Below are positions 14,101-29,100 of a stretch of 64,000 bases of DNA, in pieces. Below the pieces are notes generated by a model that was not told the DNA's origin, did no database searches, and saw only the letters and a list, made by a program, of their open reading frames with translations. The position numbers and the translations under genes are program-made. Location: assembly GCA_964187785.1 (NCBI GenBank), contig OZ076409.1, positions 58,530,001-58,594,000 of the forward strand. Direction: 5' to 3'. The number at the start of each line of letters is the position of its first letter. Position 1 is the stretch's first letter. This DNA comes from Amphiscolops sp. MND2022 (taxonomy: Eukaryota).

Positions 14101-17100
14101 TGTTTGACGAAATTTGCCGCACAGAATGTGTAGAAAAGAAGCGTACTATAAAATTGCCAAAAAACGATTTGACCGCTGGGAAAAGGTCATTGATAAAACA
14201 ACCTTCGGTTATTCCATTAACTTTAAAGCGGCGAACGACCCAAAAAATTTTATCGCTACGATCTGTAGAATTGAATTATTGTTCCTTATCTTTTCTCAAC
14301 TGTTTTACATTTTTCGAACAGAAAAAAACAAGTACAGCTACTATAGTCCTTTATAAAAGTATTTTTGTAAGCCCTCCAGCGATTGTTACAAAAATTATCG
14401 TCTCGGTAGGTATTTTGTAGCCCGAGGGACCGGAGTACTTTAGCGTGAAGTCTTGCCTTGAATAGATAAATAGCCCATTGAACCCGAGTTCAGGATTATT
14501 TAACATACTAATTCAGAGACACTCAGAAATGCTTTTAGCCGAATGAGTCAATATTTCAAAGAATTGAATTCATTTTAAAATGCATTTTTTCATTTGCGCA
14601 AAAATTAGGAAGAAAACAATAAACAATGATGCACTTGAGAAAAGTGTTTACGAACTGAAAATGTGCTTTATTGTTAAGCAGTCTTTGAGACTCCCATATT
14701 AAGTGTGTCCTACGTTTTAGCATGCATTAAATCGTCTCACATCAAAGATTAAAGCAACTTCAATTTTCAATTCTATTAAAAGTCGGGAAACCTATATGAC
14801 GGGATGAAAAATTACAGAAACTAAGTAATCATATTCAACAGTACTTTTACAATGCTTTTTAAAAATGATGAAAAATAACCCTGGTAAACTACAGAAGTAA
14901 ATACAAGAAATTCATCTGTTAAATTAACTTGCAAAAATTGAACTGTTTCGGGAAATCAAGAAAGGCTTAAAGAAAAACAAGGTCGTTTGTTTTTTTTCAA
15001 CAAAAGCTGTAGTCACGAAAACGGACCCACTCTAGTTTTATACAAAGTAAATGTTTTCATGAATGAATCATACATTCACGTAGTAACTTGTACAAAATAT
15101 CGGTTTTATATTCCAAGAGCTTAAATGAATTTTTCCAATGATTTCATATTTTTCATGTTCGCTGCAACTTTTGCAAGTATTTTGCATTAAAAAACACCCC
15201 TCTAAAACATGTCAATTGCATAACTATAATGCATGACGGGAGTTTCCCCTGTTAATTGCGACTTACAGGTGATCCTAGCTTGGTCCAGTAGAGAGAAAAT
15301 CCATGTGCAGCCATGACGCAATCAAGGTTAACTGTCTCTCCGACCACTGCTACTCTGTCTTCGGGCGCGACTACGAAGCCGGTCTCCAACTCTGAAAACA
15401 ACAAAGAACAGTGTCACGAGCTTGTCACGTCAAGACATGAAGCGCCTAGGGTTCATTTATTTCCTTATTTGGACACGTCTACATGCTACAAGTTCATGAA
15501 AAAGTTGATTGAAGAAAATCTGTTCAAATGGAAGTGTGAATGAAAATTTGAACATGGGATTGACAATTTTCATTCACATGTTGAAGTGTGAACAACAAAA
15601 TATTCACAAGCCAAGTTTTGACTAATCATGCTTATTTCCGTTTATGGAAAAAGGTGTACCGAAGTCGACAAATGGAAAGGTTCAGGTGAAAATTTACAAA
15701 TTGATTCACAGTAGTGTACGTAACCTCCCAATAAATGTGATATAATTTAAAGAAAAAAATCTATTTTTTACGCACAATATATATTATCTTCTAATGCGCA
15801 TTTATACACTTTTTCAAAAGGAAAAATAGAAAAATTATATAGTGAGGGGCACAAGGGCTTCCCTTCCAAAGGTTTGGCATCATATGTAGGAAAAGTTTTT
15901 TGGGAGACAATAATTACCAGTATTTTCGTCCTACTAAGGCCCCCAAAATGACCTAATTAAATACTTTATTCTTAACGGATTTATGGAAATAAAAGACATT
16001 TTTAAAATGGGAGTACTTAAAATGCTGTAGAGCAAGAGAAACAAGCAATTGAGGACAAGGGAAATCAATTTTGATTTTGTAAATGAAAGTATAATTTAAG
16101 CATTCGCCAACCGTTTTCAGTCGTCGTATTTTGTAAAAAATGTGCCCGACTATTACAGTGACAACCTTTGTTTCGTCAGACGGCAGAATGTATGCGTAGT
16201 GAACACTTTTTACAGAAACTACTAAAACTACTGTACCGGACAGGCCTGGCCCGCGAAAACGCATCTAAGCGCAAAAACCCCTCCCATTTTTTTCCTTTTT
16301 TAACGTAACATACAAAACCGAACGAGATTAAAGGGTTTTCACTCTTTCAAACTTTTCATAAAAGCAGTTTTCCGACATATTGAAAAGACTTTGCGTTTTG
16401 GACCTTAAATGGGCGCCGACGTTAGACGTTCCCTTCTAGTTTCTTGTCAGTATTTTCTGAGGTTTAGTAGAAAAAAATTGAATATCACATGAAGTGTTTC
16501 AATTCAGATTTCAAAAATAAATCTGAAAATTGGTTCATTTCGAGCGGTGAATAAAATTATAGCTACCTAGAAATGACGAAGACGTCATGATGAACTCCAA
16601 AAGTTCGTTGTAGAACTCGTTTCGAATGACCCGGATCTTAACCTCATAAAACTGGATCAAGTTCCATCGCCATTCCCATTTTTATGGCACCTTTATTTTC
16701 ATTTGGGACAATCATTTCAATTATACGTCTAAATATTCAATATAATTGGAGGTAATGACACGATTATTTACCGTGTAAGTTGAGAGAGGCCTTGGCTTGG
16801 ATGGATCCGACCTCATTGGAAGCCTCGCACAGGTAGAGTCCGATGTCCTCTTCTGTGACTGGCTCAATGATCAGCGCGTGATCGCCCGGCATGATGACGT
16901 GTCTGAAACAGACAACAGAAGTAATTAGACATATTCACAACAGTGTGTGATCATTTCACCCCATACCATATCATTCCACACCAGGTTCATTTCACCCCAC
17001 TTTCATTTCACACCATATTCTAATTATACAAAAGCGTCTCATCTTAATTAAACAATTAACGATTAAACTTTGATGCCTAGTGTCTTTGAGTTAGATTTGA

Positions 17101-20100
17101 TTTGATTGTGTTTATTGCCTGTAGGAAACTTTTGCCGTAGAAAAACGGATTTTTTTGCTGAAGATTCACAGCTCGCAGCATCCATAATTGTAGATTTTGA
17201 TTGACAGAAAAAATGATTTTTTTTTCAGCGCCTTGCTCAGAAGTATTACAATTTCGATGAGTGAAATTTTTCGGTTCCGATTTTGTGGTTCACATATCAC
17301 GCATCGTTTGCTTATCTAATTTGGTAATTAGATTCAAGACGCTTTTCTGTTAGCGCTAAGATTGAAATTGGGTGGCAATAGTCATTAATCTAAGACACAA
17401 TTGATAATTTAAATGTGGGGTGGGATCTAGATCAGAAGTCTTCTATCTATAGAAAAACGATGAATTTTTATCGAATTTGAGCTTTTATTTTTACGAAAAT
17501 TATTTTAATTAGAAATTAGCCGCAACGAATGAACAAGTTTTTCCGGAAAAAATGATTTTTTTCCTTCCAAATTGCTTGTACAATCAGCTTGATCATCCTG
17601 GGCCAATACACCGCTGACACACACCGAAGTTAAACACTTGAACTCGAATAAGAAGAGATCGTTTGACCTCGGTCCCTCAGGGGGTTAATTTATTATGCTT
17701 TCTTTGCTTCTTTTATTTATTCTTGCTTTGTATTTATCTTATTCTTTTAATCTCCGTCTACCAAAGAACTCTCAATCTCCACAGTGTATTAGTTTGGAAT
17801 TATTACTAATTAGGGAAAAGAAGGAATATTGTATAAACAGTTCTGAGTACAGCAGGGGAAAGGGACCTTAAGGTATTGTCCATTTTATGATAAAGTTGAA
17901 TGTCAGGTGCTTAGAGTAAGACGGAGATATGATTAACGAGAGCTACTTTCGATAATAGAATTTCCTCTCTAATTGCAAAAATAATTAATCCCATCGATGG
18001 CATTTCTGAAAACAGAGGATGCATGGAAAATGCTTGTATAGAGAAGTTATTATATCTGGAGATTTTCCGTTTTCAGAGCTGAGGAAAAATATATCATACT
18101 AGTATATGACTTCACAATGTAGATTACATGAAGTAGAAAACTAGCAATTTTGTTAGACAGATTACATGCATAAAAAAGTATCTTCAATCCGTCAATTTTT
18201 GTTATTTTCAGGTTAGCACCGGGGATGTACGGTACTTCACGGAACAACTGAACTTGCAGAATATGCGCTAAAGTTGTCAATCAAAACGTTAGTTCGCGAT
18301 AACTTCTAAATAAGTAAATAACTCAGTTAAAAATTATTAACGTTGAGTCAGAAAAAGTCATTTCTTTGCGGTTGAGAAATCAACAAGAAAAATCACGAAG
18401 TTGTGTACTAACACGCGAACAATTTGCGACAAAATGGCGCCAACACGAAAAATCAAATTTCACATTTTGATTGAAATTTCCAACTTTCCAATAGTTTTCA
18501 TTTACTTCACAAGCATTTATATCGTTGAATATAATTTTTTTGGGGACAGGGAAAAACACCAAAAATTTGAGCGACAGTTTAAAACAGGATAAGAAAACTA
18601 CAAAAATGCAAATATCCTGAAGAATTTTGAGAATTCATTGTTCGAAACGACAATGTTCAACAAAGCCCTTTCATTTCTGCTGATGATGTTATTAGGATCT
18701 GTAAGCCCTTACTGGTTAAATTAATGCTCTTGTCAGAATTTAGACTCAAGAGTTTTCTTTTTCTTGATGAAAATCAACAAATTTCATAATTTATTCAGTT
18801 GCATTTTTTAATCATCGCGCTGACATCTTCAAACGGTCCTAAAAATTGTTCTCCACATTTTTGTATTTAAATATTTATATTTATAATTTATTCATGTTTC
18901 ACATAATACAGCGTCTAAAAGTCTGATTACAGATCAAACTCTTCAATTCCAGAAAAACATTGAGGAAAGCTATTTGAAAACATATGATTAATTTCATCAG
19001 CAAAACTCTCCCGAAAAACCGAACCATTGGTTCTATATTATTTATATAGAGGAAGAAATGTATTTGTATCAGGAAAGCTTTGACCTAAAAAAACAATGCT
19101 CAATAAAAAAGAACCATAAAAAACATTTGCTTCTGCAAAAAATATCAATTTTACGAGAAATGTTATGACTGGTGTAACAAAACAAACTGATTTTGGAGTC
19201 ACGGCGCTCTTGACAAACATTAGGAATGACAAAACGTCATTTTCTGGCCTATGTTACTTCTTTTCTCGTGAAAAAAGTAAATCGAGAGGCAGGACAAATG
19301 CTTGAATTAATTGCTCCTATCGTCTTTAGACATTGCGTTTTGAAAATTAGCAAACAAAAAGAAACAAGTTTTGGAAAACTTGACAGTTTTTTAGGCCGTA
19401 CTGATATCCTTGCCCAAGGTTTTCTAGAAACGTGTCTGCAATCCCATATTTGACTCTTCAAAAATTTCAAACATAAATATTTGCTTTTTGAACTTAAATA
19501 CATAAAAATGTGTGTACATAAAAAATAAATACATGAAAAATACAAAAAAATACATAAAAATATATTAATACAGGAAACCAGACGACAGTAATCTGAAATT
19601 TTCATGTTTAAAAGCTTGTTTAGAAGCTTTTTTCGACGAAAATCTGAACAATTGTCCGAAAAGAAACGAGTCGTGTCGAGAATCTGGGTGGTATATTTTG
19701 TCGGAAACTTGAAAAACTTTAAAGAAAAAAGAAAAATTGTGAGAATGTTTCAATAAACATGGAGCAAGAAAATTTTGAAGACAAGATTTCATTTGCTTCG
19801 ATATGGAAAAAAAATAATACTTGCCTAAACTTCACTGAGATTCCTTTAAGAATTTTAGAAGTGTGCGTTAGTTTGAAAAACAGCAAAAATTCAGATTCAC
19901 AGAAAATCGTTTACATGTGCGAAATATTGCTTCCAGGTTTGTAGATCGGTAATGTCTGAACTTTACATTAAGCTTCATTCAATTAATGTTGCATGAAAAC
20001 TTTCGAAAACTTTTGCATGTTCCTTGTAAATCTTAACTGGTATCTGATGATTCATTAATGTCTGGTGAGAAACATGCATGGTATAACAGACTGCAGACAC

Positions 20101-23100
20101 CTGTTTTGATGATCTACGGCTGCTCCGCGAACTTCTGTCAGCAATTTTGTGTAATTGCTGTCAGCTTAAAAAGTACAACAAAATGAATCAAAATTGATAA
20201 TTTTTCAAGCACTTGAAGAGTTAGTCTCAAAAGACACCCTTATACACTTTTGTACTCTTTTTGGCGCACAGCATGTTTTTTTGTCTGTCATTTTGGTTTC
20301 TGCTTGACTAACTTGTAATAACAGCAGTATTACAGACCTTTTGTTGGTTAGAAGTGATGTAAAACAAGGTATTACAGATTGGTAAGAAATTGGCGTGCAT
20401 GTTCAAGCAATTAATCAAGAGCTATTATGTCGCTGAGTTTAATTGTTTAATGAAAGAAGAGATTTAATCAGATAATTCGCCTCCGGTACCAAAATTGAGG
20501 TCTTTGAAAAGACAACTTTTATTATCTTGTTTAGCATACCTCTTTATAAATATCAAATAATAATTATTACAGAATAATGCCTTGTTTTGGCATTACTAAT
20601 GAATGAAAATGCGCAAGAAAGTTTTAATCCTTTTGCCGACAAAAACAAAATTATCCAACTTGATTTGTCTCTTCATTGTATAACAAAATAATTACAAATG
20701 CCAGCTTTGAAAGAAAAAAAAGAACAGAAGAAGTTTTTTCAATTAACTTAAAAAAAACGCATTTCAGCTAAGATCGAGAGATTTTACTCACTTCAAACAA
20801 TTGGCATTTTTTTCAAAACAGTAGCAGAACATTTTCTCTGAATAAAATGCTCAAGACTGGGCCTTAAAAAGGAAATTCTACTCACATTTTGAAAACAGAC
20901 AACGGGAAAATGTAGCCCCGCCTACCAATGACGTAATTCAATTGTGCAAACCCGATGCATCAATTGAGCCAGAAAGAAATTAGAAACCCGCCCAGGAAAG
21001 GGAAACGCGAAAAAATAGGAACACTTTTGGGCGTGAAAAACCCTTCAAGAGCCTTTCACAATGTTAACGAACTGCTTTGAAGTAAAAATTTGGTCGGTAG
21101 ACTGACATGAGTTCAAAGTCAGGGTAGAGGAAATACGTGCAAGGTTCGTGAAAGAATTCACGTTTCTGAGCATCTATCGAAAAAAACAGAAAAAATCCAA
21201 CACATTTTTTCCATATTTGGACATCCTAGCTCATTTTTGTGGCAAAAAAAAACGTTTAAAAATTTAAAAAAGGAAAAAAATGAAAATAATTGCACGTTAC
21301 AGTTGATACAAGGTAGGTGAATTTGACGCATTTTCTACACATGAAAGTCTCTGCTGAAAGTTTGTGATTGATTTCGAAAAATTTCCATTTTCAGCGCCTT
21401 ATTGGCCGGCAAATGCTTGACTATCAGCCAAAGTAGGTTATTAAGTCAGTGAATCGTTGCTTCTGAATGTTTCACTAATTCCAAAATGGAGCCAAGAAAC
21501 TTGGAAACTGGGCCAAATAAAAGTTTAGCGGGCGCCCGTCGCCTGTCATTAAGCCTATATTTTGCGATATGAACAGAGTTTGAATAAATTATCTTGACGA
21601 AGCAAATAAGCAACATCCGGAACGAATACTGGCCGTTTTCCAGGATTATATAACACCATTAGCATGCCTGGCGTGGCTGAGAATTCTTGAACAGATTTGG
21701 CGCGATGATTTCCCAAATGACTGATCCCAATTTTTGATCTAGGAGTTTGAACCGTTGGCGCCAATCCGGGCTTCCGGATACGAGATGAAAGGAGGGGAGC
21801 ATTTGATGGTAATAATAAGGGGGTCGATGGTAACATATACTGAATAGATAAGGGATAAGAATAGAGGTGAGATTTCTTTCATACCGTTTTTCAGGAAGGG
21901 GTTTGCCATCGCTGCGGCGCCATCTTATCTTGGGATCTGGTTTGCCCTCAGCCATACAATCAAATTGGACTCGGGGAGTCTTGCTTGGAACCGTCAACGA
22001 CGAAGGCAACTGGGAAAACGAGGGCGGCGCTAAAACAACAAGTGTTTCGCTACATATCAAAAGTCAACATTAATGTATAGCCCCATACTTCAAAAACTGC
22101 CACTTCAAAAGCAAAATGATTGGTGTTTAAGTGACCTTACAATGAAAATATGTCACCAGAATTCAAAATCTCTATTGTGTTGGAAAAAGATTCGGCAACA
22201 GTTGAATGGTAATTATGGAATTGACGAATTGATTGCTAAATATTGAGAAACTGCCATTTCGATGGCATGTTTGAAATTTTCCGACAATGGCTTTGATGGG
22301 GTTTTATATTTGGCTGCTTTCATGGTAAAACACTTATTTTCCACAGTGTCTTTATTTGGTGTTGGCAGTAATTTAATAAATACAAAGTTTGGCGAAAGTT
22401 AATAAAATTTACCCTCCAGAGCCTGTTTTGCCAGTGGCAAACCTCGGAACCATATCTGATTAAATGAACGACGTTTTTATGAATGTGGTTAGTCATAAAC
22501 ATTAACTCCCTACTTACGCTTTACAACACGCGTTTTTTAAACCAGACAATGTATGTACTTTACATGAAACATAATTCACATACATGTCTCTCTGTTTCAT
22601 TCATATACTCTGCATGCAGATGCGTATTATTGCAGAGCAATTTTATCAATTTTGACATTGGCATTGTTGGCTGATCTGAAGAGAAAGCCGGTTAATTTCA
22701 TCCAGATTTGTAGACTTGGCAATGGGCGCATTCGCATAATCGGCCAGTCAATCACATAAATGCAAATCCTGGCAGAATCATTAATCACAGCCATAAGTTC
22801 ACTTCCATCCACAATGACATCTTGTCAAATTTGCACAAAAAACAAAGAGAGCCTCGCTTCCCAAAAAAGAGTCAACGGCCACCCACCTCGGGGAGGGGGT
22901 CGCTTTTTAAGTGGCCGGGGGCTTAGCTGGCGGACGTGATGGAAAATCAGTTCTCATGGTCCATGTACATCGTAAAATCATAAAACCACCTGGAGTCAAT
23001 TAAGACCTACTTCTAATGAATGAGTCATACCATAGGAAAGAAGGAAAAGCACCGGTGGGCTTGCGCTATGGAATAAATTGAAGCAGTATCGAAATAAGAG

Positions 23101-26100
23101 ACCGCACTATAGTCTTATTTAAGAAGACGACACCCACATTCTGTAATCCTAATTGAATACATTGGAATACAAATGCGAGCGCTTTTTGTTGCGTAATTTT
23201 TGCTTCTTGCATTTTAAATCAAACCGCTGAAAGGAGTCAAAAATTGGGAGAAAAGTCCCGGGAAAGAATCGATTTTTAAGGAAGTTACGTAAGGGTATTG
23301 AAAAAGCGCCAGTCTATTTTTGTGTGACATCAAGTTATCATACAGTTGTCATTTCTTTAGACGCTCTTCGTTTTAAAAGCTTGGCGCTAAGTGGATTCAA
23401 ATCGATCACATACAATGCCACATCAAATTGCGCTTCGTTATCTGATCCATTTACAAGGAATAACAAAAAAGGCTCTTCGCACCGGAGGTAGTAATGACAA
23501 AATGACTCAAAAGGCGGGAAAAGCGGTTCCATTATAAATCTATTCAGGGGTGTCACCGTTTTAAGGTGAGGTACTGATTATACCATTGTTACATTCCACT
23601 TTGCACCTTTTTGAAAATTGAAGACAAATTGGTTGTAAAAAGGGAAACAATTTCCTCTATTTCAGGTGAAAGTTCACTAATGTTATTGACTTTTCGGTAA
23701 TAAGCTTTGGCTTTACACAGATGAGATGAGTTGACGTAATTATGACATCATTTACAGTAAAAATTTATGTCATAATTATGTAACGGTTGATGACCTGAAA
23801 AGTTCAAGCGGAATCACTTGAAGTTTTTATTTCTGAAAGTGGCCTAAAAAATTTTAAAAATGGAGAGGTACTCGGTCAAATAAATAATTTGTTGCTTGCA
23901 GGTATTTCCCTTCATGAATAATTCCAACAAATGCGGTATTTGCATCTGGAAAAACAAGAGCCCTCAATTTGACAAGTGATTATTTTGGAGTTCTTGCTCA
24001 ACAAAAGAGCACAAACTTTCAAAAACCTTTTCCAAAAACTGCAATTTTCTACCTTGAGATCAGTTTTAATAAAATAATCATGATAAATTACTACAGAAAA
24101 ATTAGGTTGAATATTGAAAAAGCCGAGAAAAATCAAAACTAGGAAGTTTTTTTTCAATCCTACTGAAATAACCGTAAATTTTTTTTATAAATTGGCGATT
24201 TCATCGGTATGGTCTCCCCATTCGTATTTTCACATACTTTTCCGGATTAAAAAAGAATTTGAGTGTCATTTTCTGAACTTTTCGACTTTTCTGGGGAAAA
24301 AACAATTTTCTGAAAGAGGTTGTAAGCCCAAAGAGTCCCTACTTTAGTTTTTTCGACATGCCAGTGCACTAAGGTTAAGAACTTTTACAAAACAATGCTT
24401 GACGGTTGTTTTCAACATTATATTTTTTTTTCGTTCAGAAGAATCACGGTAACAAAATATTTTGATACCAACCATTCACAATGAGTCGCATCTTAGTGCC
24501 CATATGACCCTGTGAACTTTGACAGAAATACACAGCCTCGTCTCCCAAATTCATCTTGTGGATGGCCAGTCCGTAAGAAGGGGTCAGCAGAATTCGAGAG
24601 TCGAACTTGACCGATGTCGCTTCAAGGGCATCTGAGTCGTACTGCATCTTCCACGTGGGTTTCTGCGAGGTCTCTCCGGCGGGTAACGAACACGGGAGTT
24701 CGGCACTTTCGCCCACCACGTGAACAACAGTTATCGTCGTCTCTTCACCAAATTTTTTGGATTTCAGAGTCGCGTAATCTGAAACGAACAGTCATTTTTC
24801 GGACAAAAAAGATTTTATGTGAGAAAAAAGATTCCTAAGTTAAATGAGAAACATTCGAATGCTTTAACGTTTAAATGAGTGGAAATTGTTATAGATCCGC
24901 GTGTGTATGGGGTTTTCTCAGTCCTTGGTTCAACAGATGAACAATGTAAGCGAATTAGACATTTTAGTCTGTCGCTAAACACCATTTTGCTTAATTTCGG
25001 ATGGCAGACTTGTGATGTTTGACAATAACCGCAATTTAGCGCGGGTTCAAACAAGTTTTGAGGAAGATGAAAGCAGCAGACGTCTGGCTGAAATTGGCCA
25101 CCAAGACTTGGAGACTCTGTTTGTTCGAAACTGCAAATGGTCTGATGAAAATGGTAGAAGATGAAAGACACGCAGACGATTACGTAATCAACCATAGGCG
25201 TCATTAGGACTAACTTCGACTCCGGGACGGAGGTCAAATTTGGTCAATTAAGGGTGTTAAATTGGGTGACTTCAAGTAAAAACATAGTTTTGAATTTTGC
25301 TGAGCCTCATCTTTGCCGAAATCTAGTTTCATTAGAATTGGAGTAAATAAAGAAACGATGAAACATATTTATTTTGGGGCGGCGATCCTGTTGTTGCATG
25401 GGTGCGAAAGAATTAGGACTGAATCTTGGAATCTGAACAAATCAAAAAGAACCAAATTTTTACTACGTCGAAAACTTCGTTGTGGGTTTTTTTGAAACAC
25501 TTTTTCAGCCGCAAAATGTAATTATTTTTCAATTTATCAAATATTCGAATCAGCAAAATGAACAACTGAATTGTCCTTAAGTGTAATTTTTTTCTACATT
25601 ATTACTTTTCAGCCTCATCTGAACTTCAATCATAAATAAACTTGCTTTTCCCACTTTTTCTTTCGTTTTCGATCCAACACAATGGCTTCTGAACAAATAA
25701 TTTTAAAAAATCGAATTTTTTGGTAATTGCCATCGGAAATTTCCTCTGACATAATTTTGACACATCAACGAGCAGTTTTTTCGGTCGGTGGAATGTTATA
25801 AATCATGACAGCAACATTCAAAACAGACACTAATGCACCGTTTTTCCTTATTTTTCCACGCAATCACAGATTGACCTGTGAGAATCAGCGTTGCGTAAGT
25901 TCCTGACTGAGGGGATGAATTTTCGCTAGGTGGTCAACACGGGACTCTTTGTTGCTCAGCGGGAAACAGATCCCGTCACTAATTGACTTTCGCATCCGTG
26001 TCTTGATACACACAGGGGAGCTGTGGACAGTACAATAAATCAAATTGAACTTTTTCAGGAAAAGGCTATCTAATCAACAGTACAACCACCTGATGAATAG

Positions 26101-29100
26101 GGACAGTTGACTTGAAAAACTATTATCCACTTTTTGCCCTTTCTTTGTGTAAATAGAAACATTTGCGGGATAATTAAGAGGCAAGGCTTTGTTGTAGATA
26201 CAATTACCCCCGAGCTTGGCCCAAATTAGTTGAATTGGAAACGACTTTTATAACCTGCAAAAGAAGCGGAATAAGAAGTGTTGAGACCCAGGATTTGTTT
26301 CAAGTTCGATGATTCGGAGTTATTTGGAGTTGAAACAGTTTCTGGTTTTGGACTGAAGTCTTTCAATAGATCGTATCATGGCCGAAGCCAACTTGTAAAT
26401 TTGAAATCTCAACTAGGGGTCCACAAAACAGGTAGATTAGATCTGGCAAAACACAGCGGTTTGAAAAGGATTTCATTAATTTTGTATAATTCGTGTTTAT
26501 CTCTACTTGGCATGAAAGCCCGCACAGAAGTGATAATCCCGTCACCAAAGCAAAACACAAAACTAGCGAACCAAATCCCTCATACAAAACTTTGCCTTCT
26601 TTTTATTACTTTAGTTTAAATTGAATCTTAAATTGGTAATGAGCGGATATCGCATTGGTTTCTGGTGAGAAATTCGGGTGGTCTCTCAATTAGCATTCCA
26701 TAAAAAACGGGTCTATGAAAATACCCTCATTTTCATTGGCTCAAACACGTCACGATTCGAGTGACGCATCTTTCACGTCATTGAACCTTTCATGCTCCAG
26801 ATCATTGACCAACCAAAATTGGAACTCTACACAAATTCGGTTCATTTCATTGGGGGTTGAATGGTATTACTAAAACCGCTACGTGATCTGTATTATGTAA
26901 TTTGTTGCGTAACTTACCATTCTGAACTTGGGCTTTTGAGGTGGTTGTGAAAGATAAATTGGCGGGGCGGCTTTTAGCGACAGAGAGAGAATTAGTTGCC
27001 ACACACAAATATTGTCCTGCGTGCTGTGCGAATGTTTGCAGAAAAAGCAACGTCGAAGTTCCGTCATGTTCGGTTACAATTCTCGAAACGTCTTCCTTGA
27101 CTGAAACAAAAACAGAAGCCACTAATATCTAATCATAACCAATAATCAACTCTAAGCCGTTTCAACACTTACGATTATTAACAAGATTTGAAACCTGTCA
27201 AAAAACCCTCTAATGAAGAACCTATTCGTTATCGGTGGTCCCAGATTAGTAGGGTGATTTCTCGCAGGTAAAAGCGACACTTCATAGGGTTTAAGTATAC
27301 ATGCTTAATCAGCAAAGGGCTTAATGTCATTAAAATGGATTTGGAATTCTGATTGAATGAAAGAACCGAACCTCGCACTTGAATCGAAGGCTACCTGAAA
27401 GTTCTGCTTAAGAGAAATATCATTGAAACTTATCTGGTATCCACGAATTTTTCATTGATTTCATTTACTTTGGAAATCTTCACAAAGATTCAAATGCATG
27501 TATACTTCTAAATGTACGTTCGGTCGAAACTTTATTGATCTCTATTTTTAGTTTTCAATTGTCGAGATGAATACTCAATTTCCGTTTCCTTTAGTGGTTT
27601 TCCAGGGCAAAAATTTTATAAGAACAGTAGTGCTCATTTTTGTCCTGTTTAGATGTAGATTCTATAAAGCACTTGCTTGTATTTGAGTTACTATCTAACG
27701 AAATGAACTCTATTTTACTACATAGATTAACAACCAGTTCAGTTTTTCAGTTTTATACAATATAAATTTTATTCTATAGAGACATTACTTTCCCTGACGC
27801 TTTTGAATATTAGACGACATAAAAAGCGAAACCTTAAAGACCACAAAAACATCTTTGAATTATTGCTGTTGGTACCCAAGGGGATATCGAAGTTTCTCGA
27901 CGAACATTTCATGTCTTATTGGTAAGAGACACAGTATACTATACAACATGATTTGAAGTGAGAATTTCGAGAGTTTTCTCTAAATCCATATCGACCCATT
28001 TCCGTAGTATGTGTTGGGTCCCACAAAACGGCTCAAAGAAAGAGCGTTAAAGCAACGACCCGAAACATTGAATACCACGAAAATGAGAATAAGTTTCTGG
28101 GTCGATCTATCTTTAAACTCCTTCTTTATAGTTTAATTATTGTGAGACAAATTCTCTTTATGGGCAAAATTTTCCATCTTGTTCGGTGCTCAACTTGAGA
28201 CCGTAAGCATCAAAGGGTTGACCTTTTAACAGCTGAATTCACCCAATAACAATGCTTTTATTGGCAATACTGACTCCTTAAATGCTCAAATATTGTACTG
28301 AGGAGCTATATACCTCAATTTTAAAGTAGGATCTTAGAATTTTCTTCACCGAGAAGAAAATTCGTTTTTCTTACTTCTAAGCAGACGGTATTCTCGTTAT
28401 CATTTTCAGTCCCAAAATGAAGTCAATTCCATTTAAGTAAAATTCCGAATTAGATTACGAAAACAAACTATACTTTCGAATAAAGAAACAGGCTCTCCTT
28501 TAAACAAACCCACTAACCATTGAATCATAAGTTTGTCCTGTTACCGGTAACCGCTTCACAAACCAAAACTTGAATAAACAACATATCCATAAACAACATT
28601 TTAGAAGTATACATTCTTGAACATTTCATGTACACGCGGAAAAGTACCGAAGTACATGGAAGTACAGGACTTTATTAGCTGTCATTAGCGGCGTTGTTTT
28701 TCTTGTTTGGCGCAAAAGCTGTGAGTCATATCAGCTCATCTATCGAATAATCTGAAGTCGTGTTGGCTTGAGGCTCTGTTTGGGGTACCAGTTGAGGTAC
28801 TAGTCAACACGTGAACAACTTGTGGAACTGAGGAAGTCACTCTTCTGGCATTGCAACTTCGCAGCGTGCGCCGCAACTGCCCGGAGCGTTAATGGATTCC
28901 CGCAGATAGACACCCCACTTTTCAAGACGTGCAACCGGGTCCTCGATCGATTACATGCCTAATCTGTCACTCACAATTATATTCTACATTTCTTGTAAAT
29001 TATAAGAGACCGTGCTTATAAATCCAATCATACACATCTTATATACTTAAAGGTGGCCAAAAAAACCTCAAAAGTGACCGACTGTTTGACATGCAATCGT

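Noticed and set aside
13929..14420. 163-aa and 80-aa + strand ORFs in a Robo intron
   Set aside because: AT-rich, with non-ATG track starts and no recognisable domain or splice support.
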